A DNA stretch of 64,000 nt. Source: Alphaproteobacteria bacterium. GTDB taxonomy: Bacteria > Pseudomonadota > Alphaproteobacteria > SP197. Shown here in pieces: positions 9,664-20,617 of this stretch (within the stretch, counting starts at the first letter, position 1; every line of letters starts with the position of its first letter). The notes under the pieces are model-generated. The model searched no databases, was not told where the DNA came from, and worked only from the letters and a program-made list of their open reading frames with translations. The DNA is taken from assembly GCA_965221115.1 (NCBI GenBank), contig CBDCRU010000001.1, forward strand, positions 1,636,912 to 1,700,911, read 5' to 3'. The position numbers and the translations under genes were made by a program.

Positions 9664-11132
9664 CCGACCTGTGGCCGGGCGATACAACCCGGCATGCGCT
9701 TCTCACGATTGCGGAAATGCAGGAGGCCGATCGCCGCGCGGTGGCCTCCGGGATTTCCGAGGACGTACTCATGGCACGCGCTGGCGCCGCCGTCGCGAAA
9801 GCCACAATGAAGTGCCTGCCGTCCGGAAGGGTCGTGGTTCTTGCCGGTCCGGGAGGGAACGGCGGCGATGGCTTTGTCGCGGCGCGGATTCTCGCAGAGC
9901 GGGGGTGGCTTGTCCGTGTCGGCGTACTGCGGCCCGAAGCCATGACAGGCGCCGCCCGCCGGATGGCGGATATGTGGACGGGTGAAACCGCGCCTGTGAC
10001 CGAAGCATGCACAGGCGATGCAGACCTTGTGATTGACGCCCTTTTCGGCGCCGGTCTTGCACGCGACCTCGATCCTTCCCTTGCCGCCCTCGTCACTGGA
10101 ATTCGCGCGCCCGTTGTAGCCGTCGACATGCCGAGCGGGGTTGACGGCGATACCGGAAGGGTCCGGGGCGGGGCGGTAACGGCCCGCGCAACCGTGACGT
10201 TCTGCCGGCGCAAGCCAGGGCACGTGTTGATGCCCGGAAGACGGCTGTGCGGCGATGTGACGGTTGCGGATATCGGTATCGGGGATTCGATCGTGGCGGC
10301 GGTTTCCCCCAGAATCGTCTGTAACACGCCCGCCCTGTGGCGGGATCGCTGGCCGTGGCCGTCGCCAGACGCCCACAAGCATGCTCGCGGTCACCTGGTC
10401 GTGCTGGGCGGGAGTCTCGAGTCCAGCGGCGCATCGCGGCTTGCCGCAGCTGCCGGCCTGCGTGTCGGGGCTGGTCTTGTCACCTGCGCCATGCCGCGAG
10501 CCGCCCTTCTCGCCCATGCCGCGCATCACACGGCGGTCATGAATCATGCCTTCACCGGAGCCGGGGACTTCGCGGGGCTGATGGCGGCCGGACATGTCCA
10601 TGCCGGAGTGCTTGGGCCGGGCGCGGGTATGGGTGAGGGAACGCGCGACCTCGTGATGGCGGCACTCGCCGCCGGAAAGCCGCTTGTTCTCGATGCCGAT
10701 GCCCTGACGGTGTTCCGCGAGTGTCGACAGGACCTCTTCGACAGGATCCATGAACACTGCGTTCTCACGCCGCATGTCGGAGAATTCCGGAGACTCTTCG
10801 ACTGGACCGGTGATCGCTTGCGCGATGTCGCCCGCGCCGCGGCCGAAGCGGGATGCGTCATTCTCCTCAAGGGGCCCGACACGACGATTGCCGACCATCA
10901 CGGAAGACTGGCGGTCAACGCCAACGGTTCGCCATTTCTGGCCACGGCCGGATCGGGCGATGTCCTGGCCGGCATCATCGGCGGGCTTCTGGCACAGGGG
11001 GCCCGGACTCTTGACGCCACCATGATGGGTTGCTGGCTTCATGCCGAGGCAGGAAGGCGTGATGCACCGGGCCTGGTGGCCGAGGATCTTGCCGGTCGCA
11101 TGGTGCCGGTGCTGGCGGAACTGCGTCATTGA
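9660..11132 (+). CDS. nnr: bifunctional NAD(P)H-hydrate repair enzyme Nnr (epimerase + ADP-dependent dehydratase; YjeF N+C)
   Basis: N-domain LAGPGGNGGDGFVAAR (YjeF_N) and C-domain GSGDVLAGIIGGLLAQG (carbohydrate-kinase-like). 490 aa. Confidence 0.85.
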   Translation: MTDLWPGDTTRHALLTIAEMQEADRRAVASGISEDVLMARAGAAVAKATMKCLPSGRVVVLAGPGGNGGDGFVAARILAERGWLVRVGVLRPEAMTGAARRMADMWTGETAPVTEACTGDADLVIDALFGAGLARDLDPSLAALVTGIRAPVVAVDMPSGVDGDTGRVRGGAVTARATVTFCRRKPGHVLMPGRRLCGDVTVADIGIGDSIVAAVSPRIVCNTPALWRDRWPWPSPDAHKHARGHLVVLGGSLESSGASRLAAAAGLRVGAGLVTCAMPRAALLAHAAHHTAVMNHAFTGAGDFAGLMAAGHVHAGVLGPGAGMGEGTRDLVMAALAAGKPLVLDADALTVFRECRQDLFDRIHEHCVLTPHVGEFRRLFDWTGDRLRDVARAAAEAGCVILLKGPDTTIADHHGRLAVNANGSPFLATAGSGDVLAGIIGGLLAQGARTLDATMMGCWLHAEAGRRDAPGLVAEDLAGRMVPVLAELRH

Positions 11133-11217
11133 GGAGTGTCGCACTCTTGCGGCATCGGACTTTCGTCGCTATTAGGTGCGCAACGAATGGCAGGCTTCCT
11201 TGACTGGCCCGCAAGGC

Positions 11218-11303
11218 GCGGGCGTGGTGGAACTGGTAGACACGCCAGATTTAGGTTCTGGTGACGCAAGTCATGGGGGTTCAAGTCCCTCCGCCCGCAC
11301 CAC
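11218..11303 (+). tRNA. tRNA-Leu (anticodon UAG), class II with long variable arm
   Basis: Acceptor GCGGGCG/CGCCCGC, anticodon stem CCAGA/TCTGG with loop TTTAGGT, long variable arm, T-arm GGGGG-TTCAAGT-CCCTC... 3' ACCA encoded. Confidence 0.8.
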
Positions 11304-11366
11304 GTCATCGTTGGGGCGAATGCTGTCCGGAAGAGGTCAGGATTTTCATCAGAATGTGACGCGAAG

Positions 11367-12842
11367 ATGGATGTAACCGAATCCCTCAACGAGGGTCTCA
11401 AGCGGGAGTACAAGGTTGTGATCGATGCGGCCCAGATGACGTCGCGTATCGATGCCCGCTTGTTGGAGCTGAAGAACTCCTCACATATCAAGGGGTTTCG
11501 GCCCGGCAAGGTCCCCATGGAGCTGTTTCGCCGAATGTACGGCGACGGGGTGGTCCAGGACGTTCTCAAGAGTACGATCGAGGAAAGTTCGAACGACGCA
11601 CTTTCGGAACAGAAGATCCGCCAGGCGATGCCGGCAACAATCCAGGATGTCTCATTCTCGCAGGGCGAGAATCTCGAGTACGTTCTGGCCGTCGAGGTCA
11701 TGCCCGATATCGCGCCCCTCGATCATTCGGGTATCGTTCTTTCCGCCCCTGTCGTTGAAATCAGCGAAAAGGATATCGATGAAACCGTCGATGTGCTGGC
11801 GCGTGCTGCCGGCACACCGGACGTTCTCGACGATGCCACCGGGGTCATGCTCAACGACCGCATCACGGTTGATATCGAGGTTCTGGTGGATGGTGAAAGG
11901 AACGATGATTTCAGTGTCACGAACCAGGACATGATACTGACTGAACGGAGCCTTCCGGCCAAGGTTCTTGAAGCCGTCAAGGGTCTTACCACGGGTGACA
12001 GTGTCGAGGTCGAGGACCTAGCGCCCGGTGCCGAGGAAGAGAGCGGCTCCATGGCTCTCTTCCGCATCAGTCTCCTGAAGGCGGAGCGCATGGTTCCCCA
12101 CGCTGTCGATGACGACCTCGCCGTGCGATATGGCTGCGACGACCTCGACAACCTTCGCGCAGATGCGCGCAAGGAACTGGAAGGACACTTCACGGCATTC
12201 GCCCGCGCACATACCAAGCGCCGTCTTCTCGACCATCTGAACGAATCCTGTGAGTTCGAAGTTCCGTCCGGTCTTGTCGAAAACGAGTTCCAGTCGGTCT
12301 GGAAGCAGGTGGCCCCCGCCCTGGAGCAACAGGACATGGACGAGGAAGCCGTCGACAGGGAACGCGAGGACTACCGCGCCATCTCCGAGCGACGGGTTCG
12401 CCTCGGCATGCTGCTCGCCGAGGTCGGCAGGGATGCCGGCATCCAGATTGATCAGACGGACATGCAAACGGCCCTCATTCAGCAGGCGACACGATATCCC
12501 GGACGGGAAGCCGAGGTGGTGCGACATTTTCAGGAGCACCCCGAACATCTGCGGCAACTCACCGCGCCCATCCTGGAGGACCGCGTGGTCGACCATATTC
12601 TGGACGCTGCGACATGCGAGGAAGAGGCCATGGATGTGGAGACATTCCTCGGGCTCGACAGCGAGGAAGACAGCGTGGAGGCCACTGATGCCGGACGCCA
12701 CTACATGGAGGCTGCGAGGCGCGTCATGCGCAACCACGAAGAACGGATGCAGGCGGCAGCCGCCTCCGCGGAAAGTGCGGCCGCTGACGGAGGCGACGAT
12801 GACGCGGATGCCGCCGAAGGAGTGGAAGAGGCTTCCCGATGA
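11367..12842 (+). CDS. tig: trigger factor
   Basis: 491 aa with acidic C-terminus. Position upstream of clpP-clpX-lon. Confidence 0.92.
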   Translation: MDVTESLNEGLKREYKVVIDAAQMTSRIDARLLELKNSSHIKGFRPGKVPMELFRRMYGDGVVQDVLKSTIEESSNDALSEQKIRQAMPATIQDVSFSQGENLEYVLAVEVMPDIAPLDHSGIVLSAPVVEISEKDIDETVDVLARAAGTPDVLDDATGVMLNDRITVDIEVLVDGERNDDFSVTNQDMILTERSLPAKVLEAVKGLTTGDSVEVEDLAPGAEEESGSMALFRISLLKAERMVPHAVDDDLAVRYGCDDLDNLRADARKELEGHFTAFARAHTKRRLLDHLNESCEFEVPSGLVENEFQSVWKQVAPALEQQDMDEEAVDREREDYRAISERRVRLGMLLAEVGRDAGIQIDQTDMQTALIQQATRYPGREAEVVRHFQEHPEHLRQLTAPILEDRVVDHILDAATCEEEAMDVETFLGLDSEEDSVEATDAGRHYMEAARRVMRNHEERMQAAAASAESAAADGGDDDADAAEGVEEASR

Positions 12843-13477
12843 TGAGGGATGCCGATGACATCCATGCCAACACCCTTGTGCCCATGGTGGTGGAGCAGAC
12901 GGCGAGAGGCGAGCGCGCCTACGACATCTATTCACGCCTGCTCAAGGAGCGGATCATCTTTCTGACCGGTCCGCTCGATGATCATGTCTCGAGTCTCCTT
13001 TGTGCCCAGATGATCTTTCTCGAGGCCGAGAATCCGACGCGTGACATCGCGCTTTACATCAACTCGCCAGGTGGCACGGTCACTGCGGGCCTCGCGCTGT
13101 ATGACACCATGCAGTACGTCCGTCCGGAAATTCAGACGCTGTGCATCGGTCAGGCGGCGTCGATGGGAGCCTTGCTGCTGTGCTGCGGCACCAAGGGCCG
13201 TCGTTCGGCCCTTCCCCATGCGCGGGTCATGTTGCATCAGCCATCGGGAGGGGTCCGGGGCCAGGCATCCGACATCGAGATCCATGCCCGGGAGATCGTT
13301 CAGGTGCGCCGTCGTCTCAATGACATCTTTGCGCGTCACAGCGGCCAATCTCTCGAGGCTGTGGAAGAATGCATGGAGCGTGATACGTTCATGACACCGG
13401 CACAGGCACTGGATTTCGGCCTCATTGACGAGGTGGTCCGCTCGCGTGGTGACACGAAGGCCGCCGGGGATGCCTGA
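12839..13477 (+). CDS. clpP: ATP-dependent Clp protease proteolytic subunit
   Basis: ...[42 protein letters not shown]...[11 protein letters not shown]...MLHQPSGG contains the Ser-His-Asp catalytic context. Confidence 0.95.
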   Translation: MMRDADDIHANTLVPMVVEQTARGERAYDIYSRLLKERIIFLTGPLDDHVSSLLCAQMIFLEAENPTRDIALYINSPGGTVTAGLALYDTMQYVRPEIQTLCIGQAASMGALLLCCGTKGRRSALPHARVMLHQPSGGVRGQASDIEIHAREIVQVRRRLNDIFARHSGQSLEAVEECMERDTFMTPAQALDFGLIDEVVRSRGDTKAAGDA

Positions 13478-13552
13478 ACGGGACGGACTTGCACATCTGC
13501 TGCCGGTTGTGTTGACATGCCGGTATTGCGGTTTTGAGGGGGGCAGTGTCTC

Positions 13553-14815
13553 ATGAGCAAGAAGGGCGACTCGAAGAACACGCTCTACTGTTCCTTTTGC
13601 GGCAAGAGCCAGCACGAAATCCGCAAGCTGATCGCCGGTCCGACGGTGTTCGTCTGCGACGAATGCGTTGAACTCTGCATGGACATCATCCGCGAGGAGA
13701 ATCGCGGCTCGGTGGTAAGGTCGCCGCGGGGCGATGTTCCGACACCGCGCGAGATCAACAACATTCTCATGGACTACGTGGTCGGCCAGGATACCGCCAA
13801 GCGTATTCTCTCCGTGGCGGTCCACAACCATTACAAGAGACTCGATGGCGGGGACCGCAGTGAGCAGGTCGAGCTGGCGAAATCCAACATCCTGCTCATT
13901 GGCCCCACCGGCTCTGGCAAGACTCTGTTTGCCCAGACGCTCGCCCGCATCACCGACGTTCCCTTCGCCATGGCGGATGCCACGAGCCTGACGGAAGCCG
14001 GCTATGTAGGCGAAGACGTCGAGAACATCATCCTCAAGCTGGTGCAGGCGGCCGACTACAATGTTGAACGCGCCCAGCGCGGCATTGTCTTCATCGACGA
14101 GGTAGACAAGATCGCGCGCAAGTCCGAGAACCCTTCGATTACCCGGGACGTCTCCGGTGAAGGAGTGCAGCAGGCTCTCCTGAAGATCATGGAAGGTACG
14201 GTTGTTTCGGTGCCGCCCCAGGGTGGACGCAAGCATCCGCTCCAGGAGTTTCTGCAGGTCGACACGACCAACATCCTGTTCATCTGCGGAGGCGCCTTTT
14301 CGGGACTCGACAAGATCATCACCGCTCGCGGGAAGCCGACCGCCATTGGATTTGGCGCCGACCTGCGCACGCCGGAGGAACGCCAGTTGGGCGCCATCCT
14401 GCGGGACGTGGAACCCGAGGACTTGCTCAAGTACGGACTGATTCCGGAGTTCGTCGGCCGGCTTCCGGTCATTGCCACGCTCGATGAACCGGACGAGGAG
14501 ACCCTGGTGAAGATTCTCTGCGAGCCACGCAATGCCCTGGTCAAGCAGTATCAGAAGCTCTTCGAGATGGACAACATCGAACTCGACTTCACTGAAGACG
14601 CCCTGCGCTCGGTGGCGCGCAAGGCGATTGCCCGCAAGACCGGGGCACGGGGTCTGCGGTCCATTCTCGAGAACATACTGCTTGACACCATGTATGAACT
14701 GCCAGGCATGGAAAACGTCCAGAATGTTGTCGTGAACAGCGAAACCGTGGAGCGCGGTTCCGCACCCATGCTCATTTATGGCGATCTGGAGGGCGAGGCG
14801 ACGCCGGTATCGTGA
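13553..14815 (+). CDS. clpX: ATP-dependent Clp protease ATP-binding subunit ClpX
   Basis: N-terminal zinc-binding [30 protein letters not shown], Walker [12 protein letters not shown]-loop region. Confidence 0.95.
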   Translation: MSKKGDSKNTLYCSFCGKSQHEIRKLIAGPTVFVCDECVELCMDIIREENRGSVVRSPRGDVPTPREINNILMDYVVGQDTAKRILSVAVHNHYKRLDGGDRSEQVELAKSNILLIGPTGSGKTLFAQTLARITDVPFAMADATSLTEAGYVGEDVENIILKLVQAADYNVERAQRGIVFIDEVDKIARKSENPSITRDVSGEGVQQALLKIMEGTVVSVPPQGGRKHPLQEFLQVDTTNILFICGGAFSGLDKIITARGKPTAIGFGADLRTPEERQLGAILRDVEPEDLLKYGLIPEFVGRLPVIATLDEPDEETLVKILCEPRNALVKQYQKLFEMDNIELDFTEDALRSVARKAIARKTGARGLRSILENILLDTMYELPGMENVQNVVVNSETVERGSAPMLIYGDLEGEATPVS

Positions 14816-14910
14816 TCCCCGGAAATATCGCCCGGGAGTCCTGGCCCTTGATTGGGCGCCCTCTCGTAGCCACTTTCCCAGATTGAGCCCAGACCGGAGA
14901 TCGTGTCCTC

Positions 14911-17307
14911 ATGAGTGAATCCCAGTATCCGGTACTGCCGTTGCGGGACATCGTTGTCTTTCCGAGCATGGTGGTGCCGCTCTTCGTCGGTCGCCAGAAA
15001 TCCGTGCGAGCGTTGCAGGAAGTCATGTCGGGGGACAGGCAGATACTCCTGGTTGCCCAAAAGGACGGCTCCCAGGACGATCCGGACCCTGGCGACCTCT
15101 ACAGTGTCGGAACGGTGTCGACCGTGCTGCAACTCCTCAAGCTTCCCGATGACACCGTCAAGGTGCTCGTGGAGGGGTCACACCGGGCGGCAATCACCGG
15201 GTTCCTGGAGGATGAACAGTGCATCAGGGCTGTGGTTTCGCCCTTCGAGGAAAGCGCATCCGACGAGGGCGAGCAATTGGCCCTCGCCCGTGCCGTGACG
15301 GCACTCTTTGCAGACTACGTCAAGCTCGCCAAGAAAATCCCTCCCGAAGTCGTGACCTCCCTGGAACAGATCGAGTCTCCGGCGAAGCTGGTGGATACCG
15401 TCGCTTCCCATCTCACCATCAGGATCGCCGACAAGCAGGAGCTTCTCGAGGCCGAATCGGTGGCCCGGCGCCTGGAACGCGTCTATGCCCTCATCGAGGG
15501 CGAGATTTCCGTGCGCAAGGTGGAAAAGAAGATTCGCGGGCGCGTCAAGCAGCAGATGGAGAAGTCGCAACGCGAGTACTATCTCAACGAGCAGATGAAG
15601 GCCATCCAGAAGGAACTCGGCGAGGGCGAGGATGGCCGGGACGAGGTCGGCGAGTACGAGAAGAAAATCGATTCGACCAAGCTGTCGAAGGAGGCACGGG
15701 AACGGTCCCTGGCTGAGGTCAAGAAGCTGCGGACCATGAGCCCGATGTCGGCCGAAGCGACGGTGGTCAGGAATTATCTTGACTGGATGTTGGGCATCCC
15801 ATGGAAGAACCGCTCGAAGCTCAAGCGAGACATTACCAACGCCGAGGCCATTCTCGATGCCGATCACTTCGGTCTCGAAAAGGTCAAGGAGAGGATTGTC
15901 GAATACCTTGCCGTCCAGGCGCGCTCGCGCAAGCTCAAGGGCCCCATCCTGTGTCTCGTTGGTCCCCCGGGGGTTGGCAAGACCTCGCTGGGCCGATCAG
16001 TCGCCAGGGCGACGGGACGCAGGTTCGTGCGCATGTCGCTGGGTGGGGTGCGCGACGAGGCGGAAATCCGCGGCCACCGCCGCACGTACATCGGATCGAT
16101 GCCGGGCAAGATCCTCCAGGGCATGAAGAAGGCAAAGACATCCAATCCCCTGTTCCTTCTCGACGAGGTCGACAAACTTGGCAGCGATTGGCGGGGTGAT
16201 CCGAGTTCGGCACTTCTCGAGGTTCTCGATCCGGAGCAGAACGTGTCGTTCAATGACCACTATCTCGAGGTCGACTACGACCTCTCCGATGTCATGTTCG
16301 TCACCACGGCCAATACTACCCGCATTCCCCAGGCCCTGCTCGATCGCATGGAGGTGATTCGCCTTTCCGGTTACACCGAAGACGAGAAGGTGAGAATCGC
16401 CACAGACCACCTGATCGCCAAGCAGTACAAGGCCCACGGGCTCAAGAACGGCGAGTGGTCGATTACCGAGGGCGCGCTTCGCGATGTGATCCGCTACTAC
16501 ACGCGGGAAGCCGGCGTGCGCAATCTGGAACGGGAAATCGCGAATCTCCAGCGCAAGGCGGTCAAGAAGATCGTTGCCGGCGAAATGACGAAGGTGAAGG
16601 TGACATCTCGCAATCTCGAGAAGTTCTCCGGCGTCAGGCGCTACCGTTTCGGGGAAGTGGAGTATGACGACATGGTGGGGATCACGAGTGGTCTTGCCTA
16701 CACGGACACCGGAGGCGAACTGCTCTCCATCGAGGCCGTTGTGCTGCCCGGTCGTGGCAAGATGACCATTACAGGCAAGCTCGGGGACGTCATGCAGGAA
16801 TCGGTACAGGCTGCGCGCAGCTACCTGCGAGCCCGCTCTCCCGAATTTGGTCTGAAACCGACGGTCTTCGACAAGCGAGATATCCACGTTCATGTGCCGG
16901 AAGGCGCCACGCCCAAAGACGGACCGTCGGCGGGGATCGCCATGTTCACCTCGATGCTCTCGGCTCTGACGGGGATTCCGGTCAAACGCACTGTAGCCAT
17001 GACTGGCGAGATCACGCTGAGGGGACGTGTCCTTCCCATTGGCGGTCTCAAGGAAAAGCTCCTTGCCGCCCACCGCAGCGCCATCGAGACCGTCATCATC
17101 CCGCTGGAAAACGGAAAGGACCTCAAGGAGATCCCGGACAACGTCAAGCGGGGATTGAACATCATCACCGTGTCATCGGTTGACGACGTCGTGCACATAG
17201 CTCTCGCTGAGGCGCCAGCGCCCGTGGAATGGTCCGACGCTGACGTGGAAGAAATGGAGCGGCTGGCGCCCCATGTCGGTGAGACTGAGGACGTGGTGAC
17301 GCACTGA
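14911..17307 (+). CDS. lon: ATP-dependent protease Lon
   Basis: 798 aa. LON N-domain YPVLPLRDIVVFP, Walker A GPPGVGKTS, protease PKDGPSAG with catalytic Ser. Confidence 0.95.
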   Translation: MSESQYPVLPLRDIVVFPSMVVPLFVGRQKSVRALQEVMSGDRQILLVAQKDGSQDDPDPGDLYSVGTVSTVLQLLKLPDDTVKVLVEGSHRAAITGFLEDEQCIRAVVSPFEESASDEGEQLALARAVTALFADYVKLAKKIPPEVVTSLEQIESPAKLVDTVASHLTIRIADKQELLEAESVARRLERVYALIEGEISVRKVEKKIRGRVKQQMEKSQREYYLNEQMKAIQKELGEGEDGRDEVGEYEKKIDSTKLSKEARERSLAEVKKLRTMSPMSAEATVVRNYLDWMLGIPWKNRSKLKRDITNAEAILDADHFGLEKVKERIVEYLAVQARSRKLKGPILCLVGPPGVGKTSLGRSVARATGRRFVRMSLGGVRDEAEIRGHRRTYIGSMPGKILQGMKKAKTSNPLFLLDEVDKLGSDWRGDPSSALLEVLDPEQNVSFNDHYLEVDYDLSDVMFVTTANTTRIPQALLDRMEVIRLSGYTEDEKVRIATDHLIAKQYKAHGLKNGEWSITEGALRDVIRYYTREAGVRNLEREIANLQRKAVKKIVAGEMTKVKVTSRNLEKFSGVRRYRFGEVEYDDMVGITSGLAYTDTGGELLSIEAVVLPGRGKMTITGKLGDVMQESVQAARSYLRARSPEFGLKPTVFDKRDIHVHVPEGATPKDGPSAGIAMFTSMLSALTGIPVKRTVAMTGEITLRGRVLPIGGLKEKLLAAHRSAIETVIIPLENGKDLKEIPDNVKRGLNIITVSSVDDVVHIALAEAPAPVEWSDADVEEMERLAPHVGETEDVVTH

Positions 17308-17397
17308 CACGACGGTGATTGACGATGTGCGGGTCCGTCCCTAAAGTCGGTTCCCGGGAAACCTACAACACGCGTCGCGGAGGATCGGAGACCGTCA

Positions 17398-17673
17398 ATG
17401 AAGAAGAGTGATCTTGTTAGTGCTGTCAGTGAATCCGCTGGCCTTTCAAAGGCCGACGCCGCTAGGGCCGTTGACGCGGTGTTCGACAGTATCACCAGTG
17501 CCCTTGCCGATGGCGACGATGTACGCCTGGTGGGCTTCGGCACTTTTTTCGTGACCAATCGTGCGGCATCGGTGGGGCGCAACCCTCGAACGAATGAGCC
17601 GATGACGATACCGGCGAAGACCTTGCCGAAGTTCAAGGCGGGCCTCGCTCTCAAGAACGCTGTCTCGTCGTAG
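17398..17673 (+). CDS. hupB: DNA-binding protein HU
   Basis: MKKSDLVSAVSE...GFGTF...RNPRT... is a canonical HU fold. 91 aa. tig-clpPX-lon-hupB order. Confidence 0.9.
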   Translation: MKKSDLVSAVSESAGLSKADAARAVDAVFDSITSALADGDDVRLVGFGTFFVTNRAASVGRNPRTNEPMTIPAKTLPKFKAGLALKNAVSS

Positions 17674-17710
17674 TTTTCCGGGTCTATCGGGACGTGTGAC
17701 GGCCCTCCAG

Positions 17711-17786
17711 GGGCGGTTAGCTCAGCAGGAAGAGCGACTGGTTTACACCCAGTAGGCCGGCGGTTCGAACCCGTCACCGCCCACCG
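17711..17786 (+). tRNA. tRNA-Val (anticodon UAC)
   Basis: Acceptor GGGCGGT/ACCGCCC, D-arm GCTC-AGCAGGAA-GAGC, anticodon stem ACTGG/CCAGT with loop TTTACAC. The 3' end reads ACCG, so CCA is not fully encoded. Confidence 0.8.
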
Positions 17787-17850
17787 GGTCTCCGCCCCTG
17801 ACATTGCTTGACACGCTGGGCCTTGTTGCCTAGACGTAGCGCCGTTCTCC

Positions 17851-17927
17851 GGGGGTGTAGCTCAGTTGGTTAGAGTGCTGGCCTGTCACGCCAGAGGTCG
17901 CGGGTTCGAGTCCCGTCACTCCCGCCA
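17851..17927 (+). tRNA. tRNA-Asp (anticodon GUC)
   Basis: Acceptor GGGGGTG/CACTCCC (one G-U), D-arm GCTC-AGTTGGTTA-GAGT, anticodon stem CTGGC/GCCAG with loop CTGTCAC, T-arm with TTCGAGT. 3' GCCA encoded. Confidence 0.85.
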
Positions 17928-17971
17928 TATGTTCATGTCCACTGACGGGCCCGGTAGTGCAGGGAGCGCTC

Positions 17972-18337
17972 ATGACGGAGTTCCTTCTTGAGTACCTTGC
18001 GATCCTCGTCTTCCTGGGTCTGGCCATTGTTATGGCCAGCGCCATGGTGGGAGCCTCCTGGTTCATCGCCCATCAGAAACCCGATCCGGAAAAGCTGTCG
18101 GCCTACGAATGTGGTTTCGACGCGTTCGAGAATGCGCGCGGCCGCTTTGATGTCCGATTCTACCTGGTGGCCATTCTCTTCATCATCTTCGATCTGGAGG
18201 TTGCCTTCCTGTTTCCGTGGGCAGTGTCGCTCCCGGAAATAGGCCTATTCGGCTTCTGGTCCATGGTCGTCTTCCTTGCCGTTCTGACCGTCGGCTTCAT
18301 CTACGAATGGCGCAAGGGAGCTCTCGAATGGGAGTAG
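17972..18337 (+). CDS. nuoA: NADH-quinone oxidoreductase subunit A
   Basis: Three-TM protein [21 protein letters not shown]...YECGF...[15 protein letters not shown] 17972 preferred over 17957. Confidence 0.9.
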   Translation: MTEFLLEYLAILVFLGLAIVMASAMVGASWFIAHQKPDPEKLSAYECGFDAFENARGRFDVRFYLVAILFIIFDLEVAFLFPWAVSLPEIGLFGFWSMVVFLAVLTVGFIYEWRKGALEWE

Positions 18338-18837
18338 AGGCAAGGGACGATCTGCCCCACCTTCTCGGCGCGGAAATCGAGGACAAGGGCTTTCTCGTGA
18401 CGAATGTCGATCGCCTCGTGAACTGGGCGCGAACGGGAAGCCTGTGGCCTATGACATTCGGGCTGGCCTGCTGCGGCGTGGAGATGATCCACGCATACAT
18501 GAGCCGCTACGACCTCGACCGATTCGGAGTCATCCCCAGAGCCAGCCCCAGACAGTCGGATGTCATGATCGTGGCCGGCACGCTATGCAACAAGATGGCG
18601 CCGGCCCTGCGCAAGCTTTACGACCAGATGCCGGAACCACGCTGGGTCATTTCCATGGGTTCGTGCGCCAACGGGGGCGGCTACTACCATTACTCCTATT
18701 CCGTTGTGCGTGGCTGCGACCGCATCATTCCTGTCGATGTCTATGTCCCGGGCTGTCCGCCTACTGCCGAGGCGCTGGTGTATGGAATCCTGCAGCTGCA
18801 GAAGAAGATTCGCCGGACCGGCACGATCAGACGCTGA
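18328..18837 (+). CDS. nuoB: NADH-quinone oxidoreductase subunit B
   Basis: ...[16 protein letters not shown]...[10 protein letters not shown]...GCPP are the Fe-S (N2) cysteine motifs. Internal ATG 18328 overlaps nuoA 3' end by 10 nt. The 5' extension in the track ORF is rejected. Confidence 0.92.
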   Translation: MGVEARDDLPHLLGAEIEDKGFLVTNVDRLVNWARTGSLWPMTFGLACCGVEMIHAYMSRYDLDRFGVIPRASPRQSDVMIVAGTLCNKMAPALRKLYDQMPEPRWVISMGSCANGGGYYHYSYSVVRGCDRIIPVDVYVPGCPPTAEALVYGILQLQKKIRRTGTIRR

Positions 18838-18852
18838 CGGGACGTCCATCTG

Positions 18853-19446
18853 ATGTCTGAAGCCTTGAACGAGATCGGCGTTGCCGCACGATCACGTCAT
18901 GGGAGCTGTGTCGGCGATCTTGTCTTTCACGCCGGACAAGCCACTCTCCATGCCGCACCCAGTGGCATCATCGGACTCCTGACGTGGCTGCGCGACGATA
19001 CCAGCTGCCGCTTCAGGCAACTGGTTGACCTTACGGCGGTCGATCGTCCGGAGGATGAGAAGCGTTTCAGCGTCGTCTACAACCTGCTCAGCCTGCAGCA
19101 CAACCTCCGGATGCGTATCGCCATCGCGGTGGCCGAGGACGAAAACGTTCCCTCGTGCTTCCCGGTGTTCAGCTCCGCTCTGTGGCTCGAACGCGAGGTC
19201 TGGGACATGTACGGCATTCGTTTCCAGGGCCACCCGGATCTTCGTCGCATTCTCACCGACTACGGTTTCGAGGGCCATCCGCAACGCAAGGATTTTCCCC
19301 TGACCGGTCATGTCGAGATGCGATACGACGAGGAACAGAAACGGGTGATCTACGAGCCTGTGAAGCTGACACAGGCCTTTCGGAACTTCGAGAGCCTGTC
19401 GCCCTGGGAAGCGGCCGGCATGCCCGGGATGCCGGAAGATGGCTGA
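18853..19446 (+). CDS. nuoC: NADH-quinone oxidoreductase subunit C (30 kDa)
   Basis: 197 aa, ...LTAVD...[10 protein letters not shown]...[26 protein letters not shown]... NuoC pattern. Confidence 0.92.
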   Translation: MSEALNEIGVAARSRHGSCVGDLVFHAGQATLHAAPSGIIGLLTWLRDDTSCRFRQLVDLTAVDRPEDEKRFSVVYNLLSLQHNLRMRIAIAVAEDENVPSCFPVFSSALWLEREVWDMYGIRFQGHPDLRRILTDYGFEGHPQRKDFPLTGHVEMRYDEEQKRVIYEPVKLTQAFRNFESLSPWEAAGMPGMPEDG

Positions 19447-20617
19447 AGTCGACATCAGAACGACGACCATCAACTTCGGTCCCCAGCATCCGGCGGCTCA
19501 CGGCGTCCTGCGCCTGGTCCTGGAGATGGATGGTGAAGTGGTTGAACGCGCCGACCCGCATATCGGACTGTTGCACCGCGGCACCGAAAAGCTGATCGAG
19601 TACAAGACCTGGCTTCAGGCGGTTCCCTACTTCGACCGCCTCGACTACGTCTCCCCGATGTGTCTCGAACATGCCTACGCGCTTGCCGTGGAAACACTGC
19701 TCCAGATCGAGGTGCCGCCGCGCGGCCAGTATCTCCGCGTGCTCTTTTCCGAGATCACGCGACTGCTCAATCATCTGCTCAACGTCACAACGTTCGCTAT
19801 GGATGTGGGTGCCCTGACTCCGGCGCTGTGGGCGTTCGAGGAACGCGAAAAGCTCATGGAGTTCTACGAAAGGGCTTCGGGCGCGCGCATGCACGCGGCG
19901 TGGTTCCGACCAGGCGGCGTTGCCCGGGATCTGCCTGCCGGTCTCGAAAGTGATATCGAAAGCTATGTTGACACGCTCCCCCGGGTCATCGGCGACATCG
20001 AGCATCTTCTAAACGAAAACCGTATCTTCAAGCAGCGTACCGTGGATATCGGCGCGGTCTCGGTTGAAGATGCCATCGACTGGGGTTTTTCGGGGCCCAT
20101 GCTGCGGAGCGCGGGCGTCCCTTGGGATTTGCGCAAGGCACAGCCCTATGATGTCTACGACAGGATGGAGTTCGACGTGCCGGTAGGCTCGACCGGAGAC
20201 TGCTTCGAGCGCTACATGTGCCGCATCGAGGAAATGCGCCAGTCCATCCGCATCATCCGCCAGTGTATTGCCGACATGCCCACCGGTTCAGTGATGACCA
20301 CCAATCCCAAGGTCGCACCGCCGTCGCGGGCCGACATGAAGCAGTCCATGGAGGCCCTCATTCACCACTTCAAGCTCTTCACCGAGGGCTATCATGTGCC
20401 CGAAGGCGAAACCTACAGGGCCGTGGAAGCGCCCAAGGGCGAGTTCGGCGTCTACATTGTCTCCGACGGTACCAACAGGCCGTACCGGTGCCGTATCCGG
20501 GCACCGGGATTTCTTCACCTCGCTGCCACCGACCACCTGTGCAAGGGCCACATGTTGGCGGATGCCGCGGCGATCGTCGGCAGCATGGACATCGTGTTCG
20601 GGGAAATCGACCGATGA
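19439..20617 (+). CDS. nuoD: NADH-quinone oxidoreductase subunit D (49 kDa)
   Basis: [57 protein letters not shown] is the canonical NuoD N-terminus. 392 aa. Confidence 0.95.
   Translation: MAEVDIRTTTINFGPQHPAAHGVLRLVLEMDGEVVERADPHIGLLHRGTEKLIEYKTWLQAVPYFDRLDYVSPMCLEHAYALAVETLLQIEVPPRGQYLRVLFSEITRLLNHLLNVTTFAMDVGALTPALWAFEEREKLMEFYERASGARMHAAWFRPGGVARDLPAGLESDIESYVDTLPRVIGDIEHLLNENRIFKQRTVDIGAVSVEDAIDWGFSGPMLRSAGVPWDLRKAQPYDVYDRMEFDVPVGSTGDCFERYMCRIEEMRQSIRIIRQCIADMPTGSVMTTNPKVAPPSRADMKQSMEALIHHFKLFTEGYHVPEGETYRAVEAPKGEFGVYIVSDGTNRPYRCRIRAPGFLHLAATDHLCKGHMLADAAAIVGSMDIVFGEIDR

Noticed and set aside
9624-11144. 506-aa minus-strand ORF spanning the whole nnr gene
   Set aside because: Arg/Gly/Pro-rich, low-complexity translation with no recognisable domain. 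It is exactly antisense to a well-supported CDS. This is the typical stop-codon-poor antisense frame of a ~65% GC genome.
8885-11303. Genomic island hypothesis for the tRNA-Pro ... tRNA-Leu interval
   Set aside because: No integrase, no direct repeat of tRNA 3' ends and no GC shift. It is kept only as a low-interest note.
16890-17804. 304-aa minus-strand ORF across lon 3' end, hupB and tRNA-Val
   Set aside because: Antisense to three supported features. Its N-terminus is the reverse complement of the tRNA.
18217-18327. 5' extensions of track ORFs (nuoB 18217, nuoE 20218, nuoG 22428, nuoH 24422, nuoI 25563, cdsA 47594, dxr 48480, bamA 50790, lolD 39014, yceD 5177, rpmF 5813, tag 35821, transposase 58075, bamE to 4886)
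   Set aside because: In each case the extension overlaps the upstream gene in another frame and lacks family-conserved residues. An internal ATG with SD or ATGA coupling reproduces the canonical N-terminus.
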